Counted from the stretch's first letter, positions 40,312 through 50,666 are shown. The stretch is DNA of 64,000 nucleotides from Promethearchaeota archaeon (GCA_048940645.1 JBHLOI010000001.1:103636-167635), one strand, 5' to 3'. Program-made: numbers and translations. The notes: generated by a model from the letters alone, not told the origin.

Positions 40312-41362
40312 TTACTTTCTCCCCCTTTTGTTGTTCAATTCTATTAATTTTTTCAATTATCGATCGAAGATCATTATTAGCGGGACATAATTGAATACAT
40401 CGACCACATCCAACACATCCCAATATCCCATAATTCTTAGGATAATAACAAAATTTGTGTAATATCCTATTCCTAACCCTTTCTATGCAACTATTACGTG
40501 GATTATGACCACTAGTATGTAAAGTATAAAGACATGATTGACATGTATCCCATATTCTAACTCTTCTTCCACGATTCTCATTTGGAACGTTTTCATCAAT
40601 TACATCAAAACAAGTACAAGTTGGACATAAGAAGGAACATGTTCCACATCCTATGCAAATCTCACTAGCTTCTTTCCATACTGGATGCTCAAAATTAGGA
40701 TCTAGTATCTTATCTATATCTTTTAAATCTAATTTTGTAATAATTGCATCTTCTGCATGTTTTTTTAAATCTTGAGCCTTTTTTAGATCTGCTTCTGTCG
40801 CATTAGCAAGCCACGAGAATTTTTTAATTAATGCCTTACCTTTGTTACTTATTCCCTCAACTAGATATTTGTCCTGTAAATCAACTAAGAAGATATCCAT
40901 ATCTTCCTTTTGAAAAGGATTCCCGTCTATTGATGTGCAAAAACATGTAGTTTTTGGAGAATTACAGCCAATACCTATCAGAGTTGTATTTTCTCTCCTT
41001 TTCATAATTATTTCATCATTGAATTCCCCCTGAGAGAAAAAATTTGTTAATAGAACAAAGCTATGGGCATCGCAAGGTCTTATTCCAAAAATTATGTTTT
41101 TTTCCTCTAAGTTTTTAGGTTCTTCTATTTCTATCTCTTTACCATTAATCTTATATTCAAAGAGAATATCCGTCTGTGGAAATAATATTTCTTTTGGAGG
41201 GATTTTAGAATTATAATAGTCCAGTACTATTTCTTCTGGATTTGTTATTTTTTTAAAAGTTATGTTTCTCTTTTCTTTAATCGGTGCGTAAAAATTATAA
41301 TCTTTAACTAATTGATTATATAATTTTACAATTTGATCTTTTTTTAATATTTTTTGCTCCAT
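40304..41362 (-). CDS. flxB: FlxB / AsrA-like Fe-S subunit
   Basis: FGIRPCD, CFC, CIGCGTCSFLCPTCTCFD, WDTC, GCVGCGRCIQLCP. Confidence 0.82.
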   Translation of the reverse strand: MEQKILKKDQIVKLYNQLVKDYNFYAPIKEKRNITFKKITNPEEIVLDYYNSKIPPKEILFPQTDILFEYKINGKEIEIEEPKNLEEKNIIFGIRPCDAHSFVLLTNFFSQGEFNDEIIMKRRENTTLIGIGCNSPKTTCFCTSIDGNPFQKEDMDIFLVDLQDKYLVEGISNKGKALIKKFSWLANATEADLKKAQDLKKHAEDAIITKLDLKDIDKILDPNFEHPVWKEASEICIGCGTCSFLCPTCTCFDVIDENVPNENRGRRVRIWDTCQSCLYTLHTSGHNPRNSCIERVRNRILHKFCYYPKNYGILGCVGCGRCIQLCPANNDLRSIIEKINRIEQQKGEKVTV

Positions 41363-41378
41363 TTTTCAAATCACCTTT

Positions 41379-42389
41379 CTAATCTTCCTCCATCATAAAT
41401 TCTTGTTTATCTTCTATATCAAAAGCCATCATGGGAGGTAAGGTTTCTGGATCAATGCCAGATGTAAAATTAAATCTTTCTTTTGCAATTTTTTCTAGAG
41501 ATCTATTTATCAAATTTAAATCAATTCCTATTGGACAGACGCTACTACAAGCACCACAACCTACACATCGTCCTGCCATATGCATTGCTCGAATTAAATG
41601 AAATGTAAATATATCTGAATAAGCTGTGGTTTTGCCAAACCAGACAGGTTGATTTTGATCTACAAAACATAAATTACAATAACACATAGGACATACTTCT
41701 CTACAGGCATAGCATCGAGTGCAAGTGTCTAAAAGATTTTTTATATATTCCCATTTTTCTTCAGGTGTTTTTGAATCAAAATCTGCAATATCTGAGAAAT
41801 CATCCTCAATGATAGGATTTTCTAAACACTCACCAACACATATACCCTCTATATTCGGAGGCGATTTAACTTGACATGTTTTGCACAATTCATTCATATA
41901 TTCGTTAAAAGGTAATTTTTTCTCGAAATCTTCCCCTTTTACTATGATATTATCACCAGATACTGAGATTTCAAAGATTTCTTTCTCTCCGATTTTGTCT
42001 TCAATTTTTTTTCTATTTATAATTCCATTACATGGAATTCCAATTATCTTTATATTTTCAAGATCGATTTGATGCTCAACTGATAAGTGAATTAGAGCCC
42101 TACCGACACACCCTTTTGATACAATTCCAACTTTTAATTTTTGACCTTCTTCATTTATAAGCGTTGGTATTCGAGGGACCAAATATTTCGCTAAATTGAT
42201 ATAGCATAAATTATTCCAAATTAATTTATCAACATCCTCTACTTTATCAATAACAATTGGTAATGAACTTAAGGGAATAGTTCCTTTTGTATAACCTAAG
42301 ATAACATCAACTTCTTTTTCTTCAAGGAGCTTTTTAGCTAAATCCCTTATCAATTGCTCAATATTTTTATTTTCTTCTTCGATAACCAT
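41379..42389 (-). CDS. flxC: FlxC / FdhB-like Fe-S subunit
   Basis: KGC, GIPC.G, CTRCYACREVCPMCYC, H.AGRCVGCGAC..VCP; ATG after a GGTGA SD. Confidence 0.8.
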   Translation of the reverse strand: MVIEEENKNIEQLIRDLAKKLLEEKEVDVILGYTKGTIPLSSLPIVIDKVEDVDKLIWNNLCYINLAKYLVPRIPTLINEEGQKLKVGIVSKGCVGRALIHLSVEHQIDLENIKIIGIPCNGIINRKKIEDKIGEKEIFEISVSGDNIIVKGEDFEKKLPFNEYMNELCKTCQVKSPPNIEGICVGECLENPIIEDDFSDIADFDSKTPEEKWEYIKNLLDTCTRCYACREVCPMCYCNLCFVDQNQPVWFGKTTAYSDIFTFHLIRAMHMAGRCVGCGACSSVCPIGIDLNLINRSLEKIAKERFNFTSGIDPETLPPMMAFDIEDKQEFMMEED

Positions 42390-42394
42390 TAATA

Positions 42395-42853
42395 TCACCA
42401 CGTTGATTCAAACTTTTTGTTTGGTCCTAACCTTTTTATATTCTTTGTTACTTTTTTGATTAATGTCGCGAATCGATCACCTTCAGAAGCAGAAGACCAC
42501 ATAAATGTAACTCGATCAGGTTCTATTCCGAAAAGATTTAATAAATCTTGTAAAATTGCAAAACGTCTTCTCGCAACTAAATTTCCACTAACATAATGAC
42601 AATCACCAGGGTGACAACCCGAAACAACAACACCATCCCATCCTCTTAATAAGCTTTTAATTATAAAAAAGGGATTTACTCTTCCTGAACATGGAACCCT
42701 TACTATTCTAATATTCGAGGGATATTGAATTCGACTTACACCTGCCAGATCAGCACCGGCATAAGAGCACCAATTACATAAAAATGCAATTATTTTTGGT
42801 TCCCATTCTTTTTTATTTTCTGATTTTTCTGACTGCATTTGTACTTTACTCAT
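42395..42853 (-). CDS. mvhD: MvhD/FlxD [2Fe-2S] subunit
   Basis: AFLCNWCSYAGADLAG, VPCSGR, GCHPGDCHY, SASEG. Confidence 0.93.
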   Translation of the reverse strand: MSKVQMQSEKSENKKEWEPKIIAFLCNWCSYAGADLAGVSRIQYPSNIRIVRVPCSGRVNPFFIIKSLLRGWDGVVVSGCHPGDCHYVSGNLVARRRFAILQDLLNLFGIEPDRVTFMWSSASEGDRFATLIKKVTKNIKRLGPNKKFESTW

Positions 42854-44874
42854 TAAAGTTCACCCTCCATTATGATTGAAAATATTTGTTCCCCAGTAAA
42901 GCCAAAAATATCTATGGCAGAACATCTACAATTACCAGAACAAGCACCACAACCTTTACATAATGCTTGGTTGATAGATGCGATCCTACCGAATCGTCTA
43001 TCATCAATTAGTTCAATAGCACCATAAGCACAATTTTCAACACACATACCACATCCAATACAACGATCTGGACGAACGACTGCAAAGAATGGTTCTAACT
43101 CGACTTCTCCTTTAGCCATTAAAGTTGCTGCACTTGATGCAGCTCCTTTAGCTTGAGCAACAGAATCAGGAATATCCTTCGGACCCTGTGCTACTCCTGC
43201 TATGAAAATTCCTTCAGTCAAAGTATCTACAGGCCTTAATTTAGGATGGGCTTCCATAAAAAAACCATCAGCGGATCTTTGAACTCTAACTAAAGAGGCA
43301 ACCTCAGCTGCATCACTTCTAGACTCTAAACCACATGAAAGAATAAACATGTCGACTTCTAACTCCATCGGTTCTTGAAGTAATGTATCTTCAGCTCTGA
43401 TAATAATACTATGATCTTCACCTTCTCTTACTTCTGCAATTCTTCCTCTTATGTAATTAATTCCATAGTTCTTACCTGCTGATTCGTAAAATTCTTCGTA
43501 GCCCTTTCCAAAAGCTCGAACATCCATATAAAAAATGTATACTTCAGCATCAGGATGTTTTTCTTTATATTGTCTCGCTTGTTTTGTTGCGTACATGCAA
43601 CAAACTCTAGAACAATACTGATTACCCCCTTCTCTAAAATTTCTGCTTCCCACGCATTGGAGAAAGGCAATACTATGGGGTGCTTTTAGATCTGATGGTC
43701 TTGCGGGCTTTCCCTCTAAAGGGCCAGTAGAACTTAATAACCGTTCCATTTGAAGTCCATCAATAACGTTAGGATATCTACCATAACCATATTGTTTTAA
43801 TTGAGTAGGATCGTATAAATCCCAGCCAGTTGCAATAATAATAGTTCCTACCTTGACTTTCATATATTCGGGTTGCTCATCATACCTAATCGCATCTGGC
43901 TCACAAACATCCTCCCTAGCACAAATTCCACATTTAATACAATTATCCATATCTATAGTGTACTTTCCAGGAACTGCTTGAGGAAATGGAAGATATATTG
44001 CTTTCCTTGTAGCTAAACCAAGATCAAATTCATTACCAATTGTTATAGGACAATAATCTACACATACACCACAACCTGTGCATGCTTCCTGATCAACATA
44101 ATGAGGTTTTTTCATGATTGTTGCTTCAAAATTTCCAACATAGCCTGTTACTTCTACTACTTCTGAATAAGTTAATAACTCAATATTCTCGTTTCGTGCT
44201 ACATCTACCATCCTTGGAGTTAATATACAAGCACTACAGTCCATTGTAGGAAAAGTTTTATCTAATTGTGCCATATGACCCCCAATAGTAGGCGATTTTT
44301 CAACTAAGTAAACTTTATATCCTTCTGTGGCTAAATCTAAAGCAGAATTCATTCCTGCAATTCCACCACCAATAATTAAACAAGCAGGTTCAATACTGAC
44401 AGTTTTAACTTCTAACGGCTTTAATTCTCTAGCTTTTGCTACAGACATTTTTATAAGATCTTTTGCTGCTTCATATGCGCCTTCTGGGTCATTCATATGA
44501 ACCCATGTAGAGTGTTCTCTGATATTCGCTTGTTCAAATAAAAATTGATTCAATCCTGCTTCTTTACAAACTAATCTAAATGTAGGCTCATGCATTCTTG
44601 GAGAACATGCTGCCACAACAACCCTATTAATTAAGCCTGACTGGATATCTTCTTTAATTATATTTTGACCTGTATCAGAACAAAAAAATTTATATTCACG
44701 AGCAACAGATACATCAGGCAAGGTTTTAGCATATTCTATTAAATCTGGAACTGAAACTACACCACCTATATTCACACCACAATGACATACATATACACCA
44801 ACTTGAGGTTTTTCATTGCCTGTAACTATAATTTCTTTTTTTATTTTTTCCAATTCTTTTTTAGCTTCAGTCAT
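42853..44874 (-). CDS. hdrA: Heterodisulfide reductase subunit A
   Basis: GVYVCHCG.NI, AACSPRMHE, GGGIAG, LDKTFPTMDCSAC, QCVGSR...CSRVCC, EAHPKLRP. Confidence 0.95.
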   Translation of the reverse strand: MTEAKKELEKIKKEIIVTGNEKPQVGVYVCHCGVNIGGVVSVPDLIEYAKTLPDVSVAREYKFFCSDTGQNIIKEDIQSGLINRVVVAACSPRMHEPTFRLVCKEAGLNQFLFEQANIREHSTWVHMNDPEGAYEAAKDLIKMSVAKARELKPLEVKTVSIEPACLIIGGGIAGMNSALDLATEGYKVYLVEKSPTIGGHMAQLDKTFPTMDCSACILTPRMVDVARNENIELLTYSEVVEVTGYVGNFEATIMKKPHYVDQEACTGCGVCVDYCPITIGNEFDLGLATRKAIYLPFPQAVPGKYTIDMDNCIKCGICAREDVCEPDAIRYDEQPEYMKVKVGTIIIATGWDLYDPTQLKQYGYGRYPNVIDGLQMERLLSSTGPLEGKPARPSDLKAPHSIAFLQCVGSRNFREGGNQYCSRVCCMYATKQARQYKEKHPDAEVYIFYMDVRAFGKGYEEFYESAGKNYGINYIRGRIAEVREGEDHSIIIRAEDTLLQEPMELEVDMFILSCGLESRSDAAEVASLVRVQRSADGFFMEAHPKLRPVDTLTEGIFIAGVAQGPKDIPDSVAQAKGAASSAATLMAKGEVELEPFFAVVRPDRCIGCGMCVENCAYGAIELIDDRRFGRIASINQALCKGCGACSGNCRCSAIDIFGFTGEQIFSIIMEGEL

Positions 44875-44889
44875 TTTTTACCTTACCCA

Positions 44890-45840
44890 TTAAATTAATT
44901 GGTTTTTTATTATATTTAGAAAAGGATCTATTGAAATGAAAGGTGATACTCCTGTTAATTCATGGTTTTTGATTAACCCTAATAGATTAGGATCCATTCC
45001 AAATCCTACTCCTAAAAGTTGAGTTATATATATTACAGGAATATTAAACGGTTCCCCAATCATATCAGCATAAATACTATTTACCTCAGCCTGACCTAAA
45101 TCTAATTGAAGATGGCAAAAGGGACAGCAGTTTATTATTATGTCTGCTCCTGCTTCTCTAATATTCATCAACTTCTCACGTGTAAAATCAGCTGCAACTT
45201 CCTTAACAGCAGTTCTGACCGCTCCTCCAGCTCCACAACACATATATTTATCTTTATAATCAACACTTTTGGCTCCTGTTAATTCAACAATTTCATCAAG
45301 AAATCTAGGAACTTCATATTCACCACCCCACGGCCTTTTATCGCTTGGTTTTACAATATGACAGCCGTAATGTACGGCTATTTTTAAATCTGAAAATGTA
45401 AGTTTAATATGATCTTTTAAATGATCTAATCCCATGTCAAGATATAGAGCTTGAACAACATGTTTTGGCTCGAGATTACCTTTATATGTACGACCAATTT
45501 TAGCGAGATATTCATTAACTTCTTTCTTTAACTCATATTCATGCTCAAGTTCATACCACGCATCCCTAAGTGTTCCATAGCAACCATTACAACCTGTAAG
45601 TGGATTAACTCCGATTTCTTCGGAAATAGAAATGTTTCTTGCGGCAATTACAAGCCAAGTTGGAATATGAAATGCTCTAAAAACACCTGGAGCTGGACAA
45701 CATGATGCACCAGGCAAATCCATAATTTCAGCGCCAAGATGATCAAAAACACTTCTTATTGAAACTTCAATCATAGGATAACGATTAGGAATAACACATC
45801 CTAAAAATAGTCCATAACGCCATTTATAATCTTCTGTCAT
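44890..45840 (-). CDS. hdrB: Heterodisulfide reductase subunit B
   Basis: FLGC.IPNRYP, SCCPAPG, CNGC, HYGCH, CCGAGG, CPFCHLQ; ATG at 45840 after an AGGAGG SD. Confidence 0.95.
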   Translation of the reverse strand: MTEDYKWRYGLFLGCVIPNRYPMIEVSIRSVFDHLGAEIMDLPGASCCPAPGVFRAFHIPTWLVIAARNISISEEIGVNPLTGCNGCYGTLRDAWYELEHEYELKKEVNEYLAKIGRTYKGNLEPKHVVQALYLDMGLDHLKDHIKLTFSDLKIAVHYGCHIVKPSDKRPWGGEYEVPRFLDEIVELTGAKSVDYKDKYMCCGAGGAVRTAVKEVAADFTREKLMNIREAGADIIINCCPFCHLQLDLGQAEVNSIYADMIGEPFNIPVIYITQLLGVGFGMDPNLLGLIKNHELTGVSPFISIDPFLNIIKNQLI

Positions 45841-45841
45841 A

Positions 45842-46444
45842 TTATTCCTCCTTAACTTTTTTCTCTTCTTTTGCTCTTTCTTCTTTAAGTTTTCCTGCAT
45901 TATCCATTAATTCTCTAAATCCAACAATCTTCATCAATTCTTGACACTCCTTTACAGCCTTGGGATACGAATGAACTGTCGGCGGTAATGGTGGTAATCC
46001 ATATGATTCCCTTAAATCCCTCCATTTTTTATTATTTTCACCAGTTGCAGGAACACCATGGCCTGTAGCATAAAAAATACTATTAGCTAATCCGAAATGT
46101 GAATCTAAAATATACCCTTCTTCAACCGCAATATTCCTTAGTTTAATAATCATATCAGTTACAGGAATATTTCTTGGACAGCGTTCATAACAATAATAAC
46201 AAGTTGAACATAACCAAATATCAATATCTTTTAAAACTGATTCATCACCTGTTAATGCACGACGAATTGCAGAACGGGTTCGATATGCTGTACGTCTTCC
46301 AGAAGGGCAACTACCTGTACATGTTCCACAATTAATACATGCCCTTATCTCTTCTAACCCAGCTTCCACAAACTTCTGTGCAATTCTTGAACTAGTTTTT
46401 TTGTAGACTTTACGTTTAATATATTTATTTACATTTTCACTCAT
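45842..46444 (-). CDS. hdrC: Heterodisulfide reductase subunit C
   Basis: CINCGTCTGSCPSGR, WLCSTCYYCYERCPR, TGH.VP. Confidence 0.95.
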   Translation of the reverse strand: MSENVNKYIKRKVYKKTSSRIAQKFVEAGLEEIRACINCGTCTGSCPSGRRTAYRTRSAIRRALTGDESVLKDIDIWLCSTCYYCYERCPRNIPVTDMIIKLRNIAVEEGYILDSHFGLANSIFYATGHGVPATGENNKKWRDLRESYGLPPLPPTVHSYPKAVKECQELMKIVGFRELMDNAGKLKEERAKEEKKVKEE

Positions 46445-46752
46445 TATCTACTCAAATATCATAAATAATTCTGGAATCAATTTGCAAATATGCCAAAAAG
46501 TAAAAAATTAACTTTTTTAACGGTTTGATCAAACAATTCTATATAATAATCTTATGAAGTGAAAAGAAATTTTTAATAAAAAATTTAGCATTAAGGTTTG
46601 ATAATCAAATTATTTGTTAGAATTAATTCTCATATTTATTTTATTTATAAGGCTATTTATTTGATTTGAGAAAGTTTTGTAAATCTATGCTTTTAATAAA
46701 ATTCTACAGTGAAAAAATAGGATAATTCAAAAAAATATTGGAAAAGATTAAT

Positions 46753-46971
46753 TCATTTTTTTCTTGTTAATTCTCTTAAAAACTCTTTTTGTTTTTCTTC
46801 GGGTAAAAATGCTAATTCCTTTTTTATTTCTTTTAATTCAGTTTCAGATAATTGTAATTTTAACAACCTTTTCCGCACATCTTCAGATAAGACATTAAAT
46901 ATCCGCCCAAAGTACTTTTTTACTATTTCTAATTTTTCAAAATTGCTGTTTCCTTCTTTTATAAAAACCAC
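46753..46971 (-). CDS. Small helical hypothetical protein
   Basis: Charged amphipathic-helix ORF with host-like codon usage. Confidence 0.55.
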   Translation of the reverse strand: MVFIKEGNSNFEKLEIVKKYFGRIFNVLSEDVRKRLLKLQLSETELKEIKKELAFLPEEKQKEFLRELTRKK

Positions 46972-47043
46972 CGCATAATTTTCAGAAAATCATTTAAGAT
47001 TCATGAGATTTTTTAGAATAATTTTTCTTATATAATTAAGTGA

Positions 47044-47104
47044 ATAATGATTTCTTAAAAAATTCGGAGTCCAATTCTTAAAATATTATTTAAGAAATCA
47101 TTAT
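47044..47104. repeat. 16-bp perfect inverted repeat in a divergent intergenic region
   Basis: ATAATGATTTCTTAAA-N29-TTTAAGAAATCATTAT. Confidence 0.65.
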
Positions 47105-47378
47105 ATTGTTATTAACTAAAAATTAAATACTAATCATAACGACAAAAAAATATTTAATCCCAATATGCTATATTACCAGAGTTCTTTTTCTAAAACAAAT
47201 TTGGGTTAAAAGTTGCTTAGAAATATTGATTAAGTTTTTCAGAATGAAAGTCCTTTTTTTCAAATTACTAATTAGAAAAACCAATACTCAGAATAGGTTT
47301 AAATAGAAAAAATTTGATTATATTGTTAGCCTATTAATATGTTTTTTAATAGCCTTTCGAGGTATTCAGAGGAGACGT

Positions 47379-47636
47379 ATGGATCTAAATTTTGACGATT
47401 ACAAAAATATAAAGAGAGAGTTCAAACAGAAGTTGAGATGGTTTGAAGAAGAATTTGAATTAATTTTCAAGAATAAAACACATAACTATAGTAAAGAAGA
47501 TATTAGGCTCGCGAATGAGATTTTGGACAAACTTTCTGAAACTATTAATGAATACCGAGATGAAAAGTTGTTATATCACTTAGTTTCAACATTAAATAAT
47601 ATTGAAAGAAACCATCCTGAATTCTTTCAAGATTAA
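47379..47636 (+). CDS. Small helical hypothetical protein
   Basis: GAGGAG SD before ATG; 85 aa, helical. Confidence 0.7.
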   Translation: MDLNFDDYKNIKREFKQKLRWFEEEFELIFKNKTHNYSKEDIRLANEILDKLSETINEYRDEKLLYHLVSTLNNIERNHPEFFQD

Positions 47637-47637
47637 G

Positions 47638-48030
47638 CTAGAAAAAGGGACCAAACTTTTTATAAAGGCGAATTAAATTTTCGCGATAAAATTGTATTTT
47701 CTCATCTTCTGGGTTTAATTGACTTGCTTTCTCGAGAGTTTTCTCTGCTAAACTTCCTTCATCTTTTTCTAAATAGGTTATTGTTAATAGACCCCACGCT
47801 TCAAGTAAGGATGAATTAAGTTCGGTAGCTGTGGAAAAGCATTTTATTGCATCATTAAAAGATCCTAATCGTCGTTTAGCTATACCTAATAAGAGCCAAG
47901 CTTGATAATTTGAAGGATTTTCATCTAAAAGTTTATTAAGATATCTAATAGCTTTAATATTATCCTTTTTAAGTAATAACTCATTAACGTAGTTAATGGG
48001 GTTTTCTAATTCAGAGGTGTTAAATTGCAT
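47638..48030 (-). CDS. TPR-repeat protein
   Basis: AW.LLG.A...LG...DA..CF..A.EL and AWG.L TPR patterns. Confidence 0.85.
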   Translation of the reverse strand: MQFNTSELENPINYVNELLLKKDNIKAIRYLNKLLDENPSNYQAWLLLGIAKRRLGSFNDAIKCFSTATELNSSLLEAWGLLTITYLEKDEGSLAEKTLEKASQLNPEDEKIQFYRENLIRLYKKFGPFF

Positions 48031-48466
48031 CTTAATAGAATAATATGATTCTTTTATATTAATTATCAATGGACCTTTATTTAATTTTAACTTTTTCGAA
48101 AGATAATTTCTAGATTTAATTCTTAAATAACATTTTATTTGAACATAAAGAAGTTCAATTGATTAAGAATAATAATGGTTATTACGAAAAAAGTATTTTC
48201 CTATTTTTCAAATTAAAATTATGAAAATAAGTTAGATTTTCGGGCTTTAAATTAACATCAAAAAGAAAGTCAAATTATTAACATGGTTTCATGAAAATTC
48301 TTTTTGAACAATAAATTTTAAATACTTACAAATAGTAATCTTAACTAGTTGAAATTACAATTCTTTACTATAGTTTTGTTTGAGTAAAAAAAGATTTCAA
48401 GCATCAAGCTTAAAAAGTTTAAAAATAAAATTGTTTGTTACTAATAATTAGGAAAAGAGGATAAAT

Positions 48467-49720
48467 TTGGTATCAAATAGTATAAGTCTCAAAAAAAAAG
48501 AAATCATTAATGTTGATGAATTTCTAGAAAAATATCAATATCTCTCAAACTTAGATCTTAAACATATATTAAATCTTGATTTTGAATTAGACTTCTACTA
48601 TAAGTCTGAAAAGATATGTCCCATAGTGAAAATAGCTAAACCAGAAGATTCGGAAGAAATAGCTAATATTTTTAAAGAAATATTCAGAGGAACGTACCCT
48701 TATAAATACCTGGAAGACAATAAATCAATAAAAGATATGATTATCCATCCTAATTATGAATGGTTTATATTTAAGTCACCAGCAAATGAAATTGTAGGAT
48801 GCTTTGGCGCAGATTTGGAATTAGAAGAAAAAAGAGCATTTCTTCATGGTTTTATGATTAAAAGGAAATACCAAAAAACAATAGATGTTTTTAAAGCTTT
48901 TATTGGTTGTATTACCTATTTATGGAAAAAATATAGGGAAAAGATATTTCTCTGGTATGGGGAAATGCGTACAAATGAAGCAATTTCTCAATTTTTTACC
49001 TCTTTAATTGGTATGAAACCAATTGCATTTTTACCGAATAAAGATATCTTTTGCAATAGAGTTGAATCTGATATACTTCATGCTATATATAGCAAAATTG
49101 TGCTAAATGATTATCGATTTAAAGAAAAACCTAAAATTATCAGACAGGTATTAAATTGTTATAATTATACAAATAAAAGGTTTCAACTTGGTCTTCCAAT
49201 AGTTGAAAATCCTAAAATTATCCTTGATCAAGAAAAAATAAAAATTATAAAGACATTGGTCAGTAAAAAAGCAGAAGAAGATAAATTTGGATTTCAAAAA
49301 ATTAAATATTCTATTAAAAATACAAATTCTTATTTCCAATTCATTCTTAACCCTTATAGTAAAAACATCGAGAAAGTAGAATATTCTGTTTCTAACTTAG
49401 AAGAATTAATTGTTTTCTTAGAAAGATTAATGGAATTAGCTAAAAAACAAAATCTTAATTATATTGAATGTTTTGTTAGTTCTTATAAACCAAAAGATCA
49501 AAAAGTTTTTCTTAATGCAGGTTTTAATCCAAGAGGTTATGTGCCTTGTTGGAGATACAATAAAAGTATAAACTTTTTCGAAGATTATATTGTATTTAAC
49601 TTCTTTAAAGGAAAAATTGATCAAAACATGAAAATTATTCCTGAAACAGAACAGTTTCTTAATGATATCAACATTTTAGAAGATAAATTTAAAGGAGAAT
49701 CAGAGATCATCAGATCTTAA
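48467..49720 (+). CDS. Tandem-GNAT N-acyltransferase (N-terminal half AblB-like)
   Basis: AKPEDSEEIANIF...F.GTYPY, RKYQ motif A, second GNAT end (FLNAGFNPRGYVP). Confidence 0.65.
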   Translation: MVSNSISLKKKEIINVDEFLEKYQYLSNLDLKHILNLDFELDFYYKSEKICPIVKIAKPEDSEEIANIFKEIFRGTYPYKYLEDNKSIKDMIIHPNYEWFIFKSPANEIVGCFGADLELEEKRAFLHGFMIKRKYQKTIDVFKAFIGCITYLWKKYREKIFLWYGEMRTNEAISQFFTSLIGMKPIAFLPNKDIFCNRVESDILHAIYSKIVLNDYRFKEKPKIIRQVLNCYNYTNKRFQLGLPIVENPKIILDQEKIKIIKTLVSKKAEEDKFGFQKIKYSIKNTNSYFQFILNPYSKNIEKVEYSVSNLEELIVFLERLMELAKKQNLNYIECFVSSYKPKDQKVFLNAGFNPRGYVPCWRYNKSINFFEDYIVFNFFKGKIDQNMKIIPETEQFLNDINILEDKFKGESEIIRS

Positions 49721-49811
49721 TATTTTTATACATTTAATCTATTCTTATTCAATTATTTTTTAATTTTAAAACAAATTAAGTAGTTATTAAAACAAATGAA
49801 ATTGATTAATT

Positions 49812-50666
49812 TTGTTTGAAGATAAAAAACTAAAAGAATGGTCAAGTTCCTATTGGAATCAAATTAGTAGAAATCTTGGTCTAATAAAGATTCCAGAACA
49901 AGAAAAATTAAGAAAAACACCTATTGTAGTTTTTGGAGTAGGAGGTCTTGGTGGACCATTAGTGGAACAACTTATACGAGTTGGGTGCGAAAATCTTAAA
50001 ATCTGTGACAATGAAAAATATGAAGAATCAAATCTTAATCGCCAAATTTGCACTAGAGAGGACCTAGGTTATTATAAAGTAGACCATATTGAAAAATTTG
50101 GAATGAAAATAAATCATAATGCAAAAATTCAAAAATATTATATAGTAAACGAAAAAAATATTAATGATATTTTAAAAAATGCTAGAGTTGCAAGCTTGAC
50201 TTTAGATGACCCAATTATATCAATACTAATTTCTAGAGCATGTAAAAATAATAAAGTTCCAATGATTGAAGCTTGGGCAATTCCATATATATGTACATGG
50301 TGGTTTAACCAAGAAAGTATAGATTATGAAGCTTGTTATGGACTCAAAACAAAAGATTTGACAATAAAACAAATAATAAACTCAAAGGAAGTATCATCAA
50401 CTATTAAAAAAGCTTTATTGACTAAATTATTACAATTCCCTGGTATTAAAGAAATTTATAATAGAGAAGAAGGAACTGTAGAAAATATGCTCTCTGGAAA
50501 AATTACATCCCGATCCTTATCTCCAATAGTAAGAATTAATGCATCATTTCTTGCATTTGATATAATTTATGCTGGGATTTTAAAAATAAAACAAAAAGTT
50601 TTGGCACCTAATATTAATGGTTATGATTATTTAAGAATGAAACCAATTACATTTACATTTAAATAA
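49812..50666 (+). CDS. ThiF/E1-like adenylyltransferase lacking Zn-binding CxxC pairs
   Basis: SRNLGLI...EQEKL, GVGGLGG, D.E.YEESNLNRQ. Confidence 0.88.
   Translation: MFEDKKLKEWSSSYWNQISRNLGLIKIPEQEKLRKTPIVVFGVGGLGGPLVEQLIRVGCENLKICDNEKYEESNLNRQICTREDLGYYKVDHIEKFGMKINHNAKIQKYYIVNEKNINDILKNARVASLTLDDPIISILISRACKNNKVPMIEAWAIPYICTWWFNQESIDYEACYGLKTKDLTIKQIINSKEVSSTIKKALLTKLLQFPGIKEIYNREEGTVENMLSGKITSRSLSPIVRINASFLAFDIIYAGILKIKQKVLAPNINGYDYLRMKPITFTFK

Noticed and set aside
33197-46444. Selenocysteine recoding/SECIS in hdrA and mvhD (also checked in fwdB and bcp), since Lokiarchaeia are known to encode selenoproteins
   Set aside because: All these ORFs are full length with Cys at the relevant motifs and have no in-frame TGA; the 47044 hairpin pairs ATGA with TCAT rather than forming a GA quartet.
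48070-48466. RiPP precursor peptide for the ThiF/radical SAM cluster
   Set aside because: No convincing short ORF with an SD and leader/core pattern was found here or between the cluster genes.
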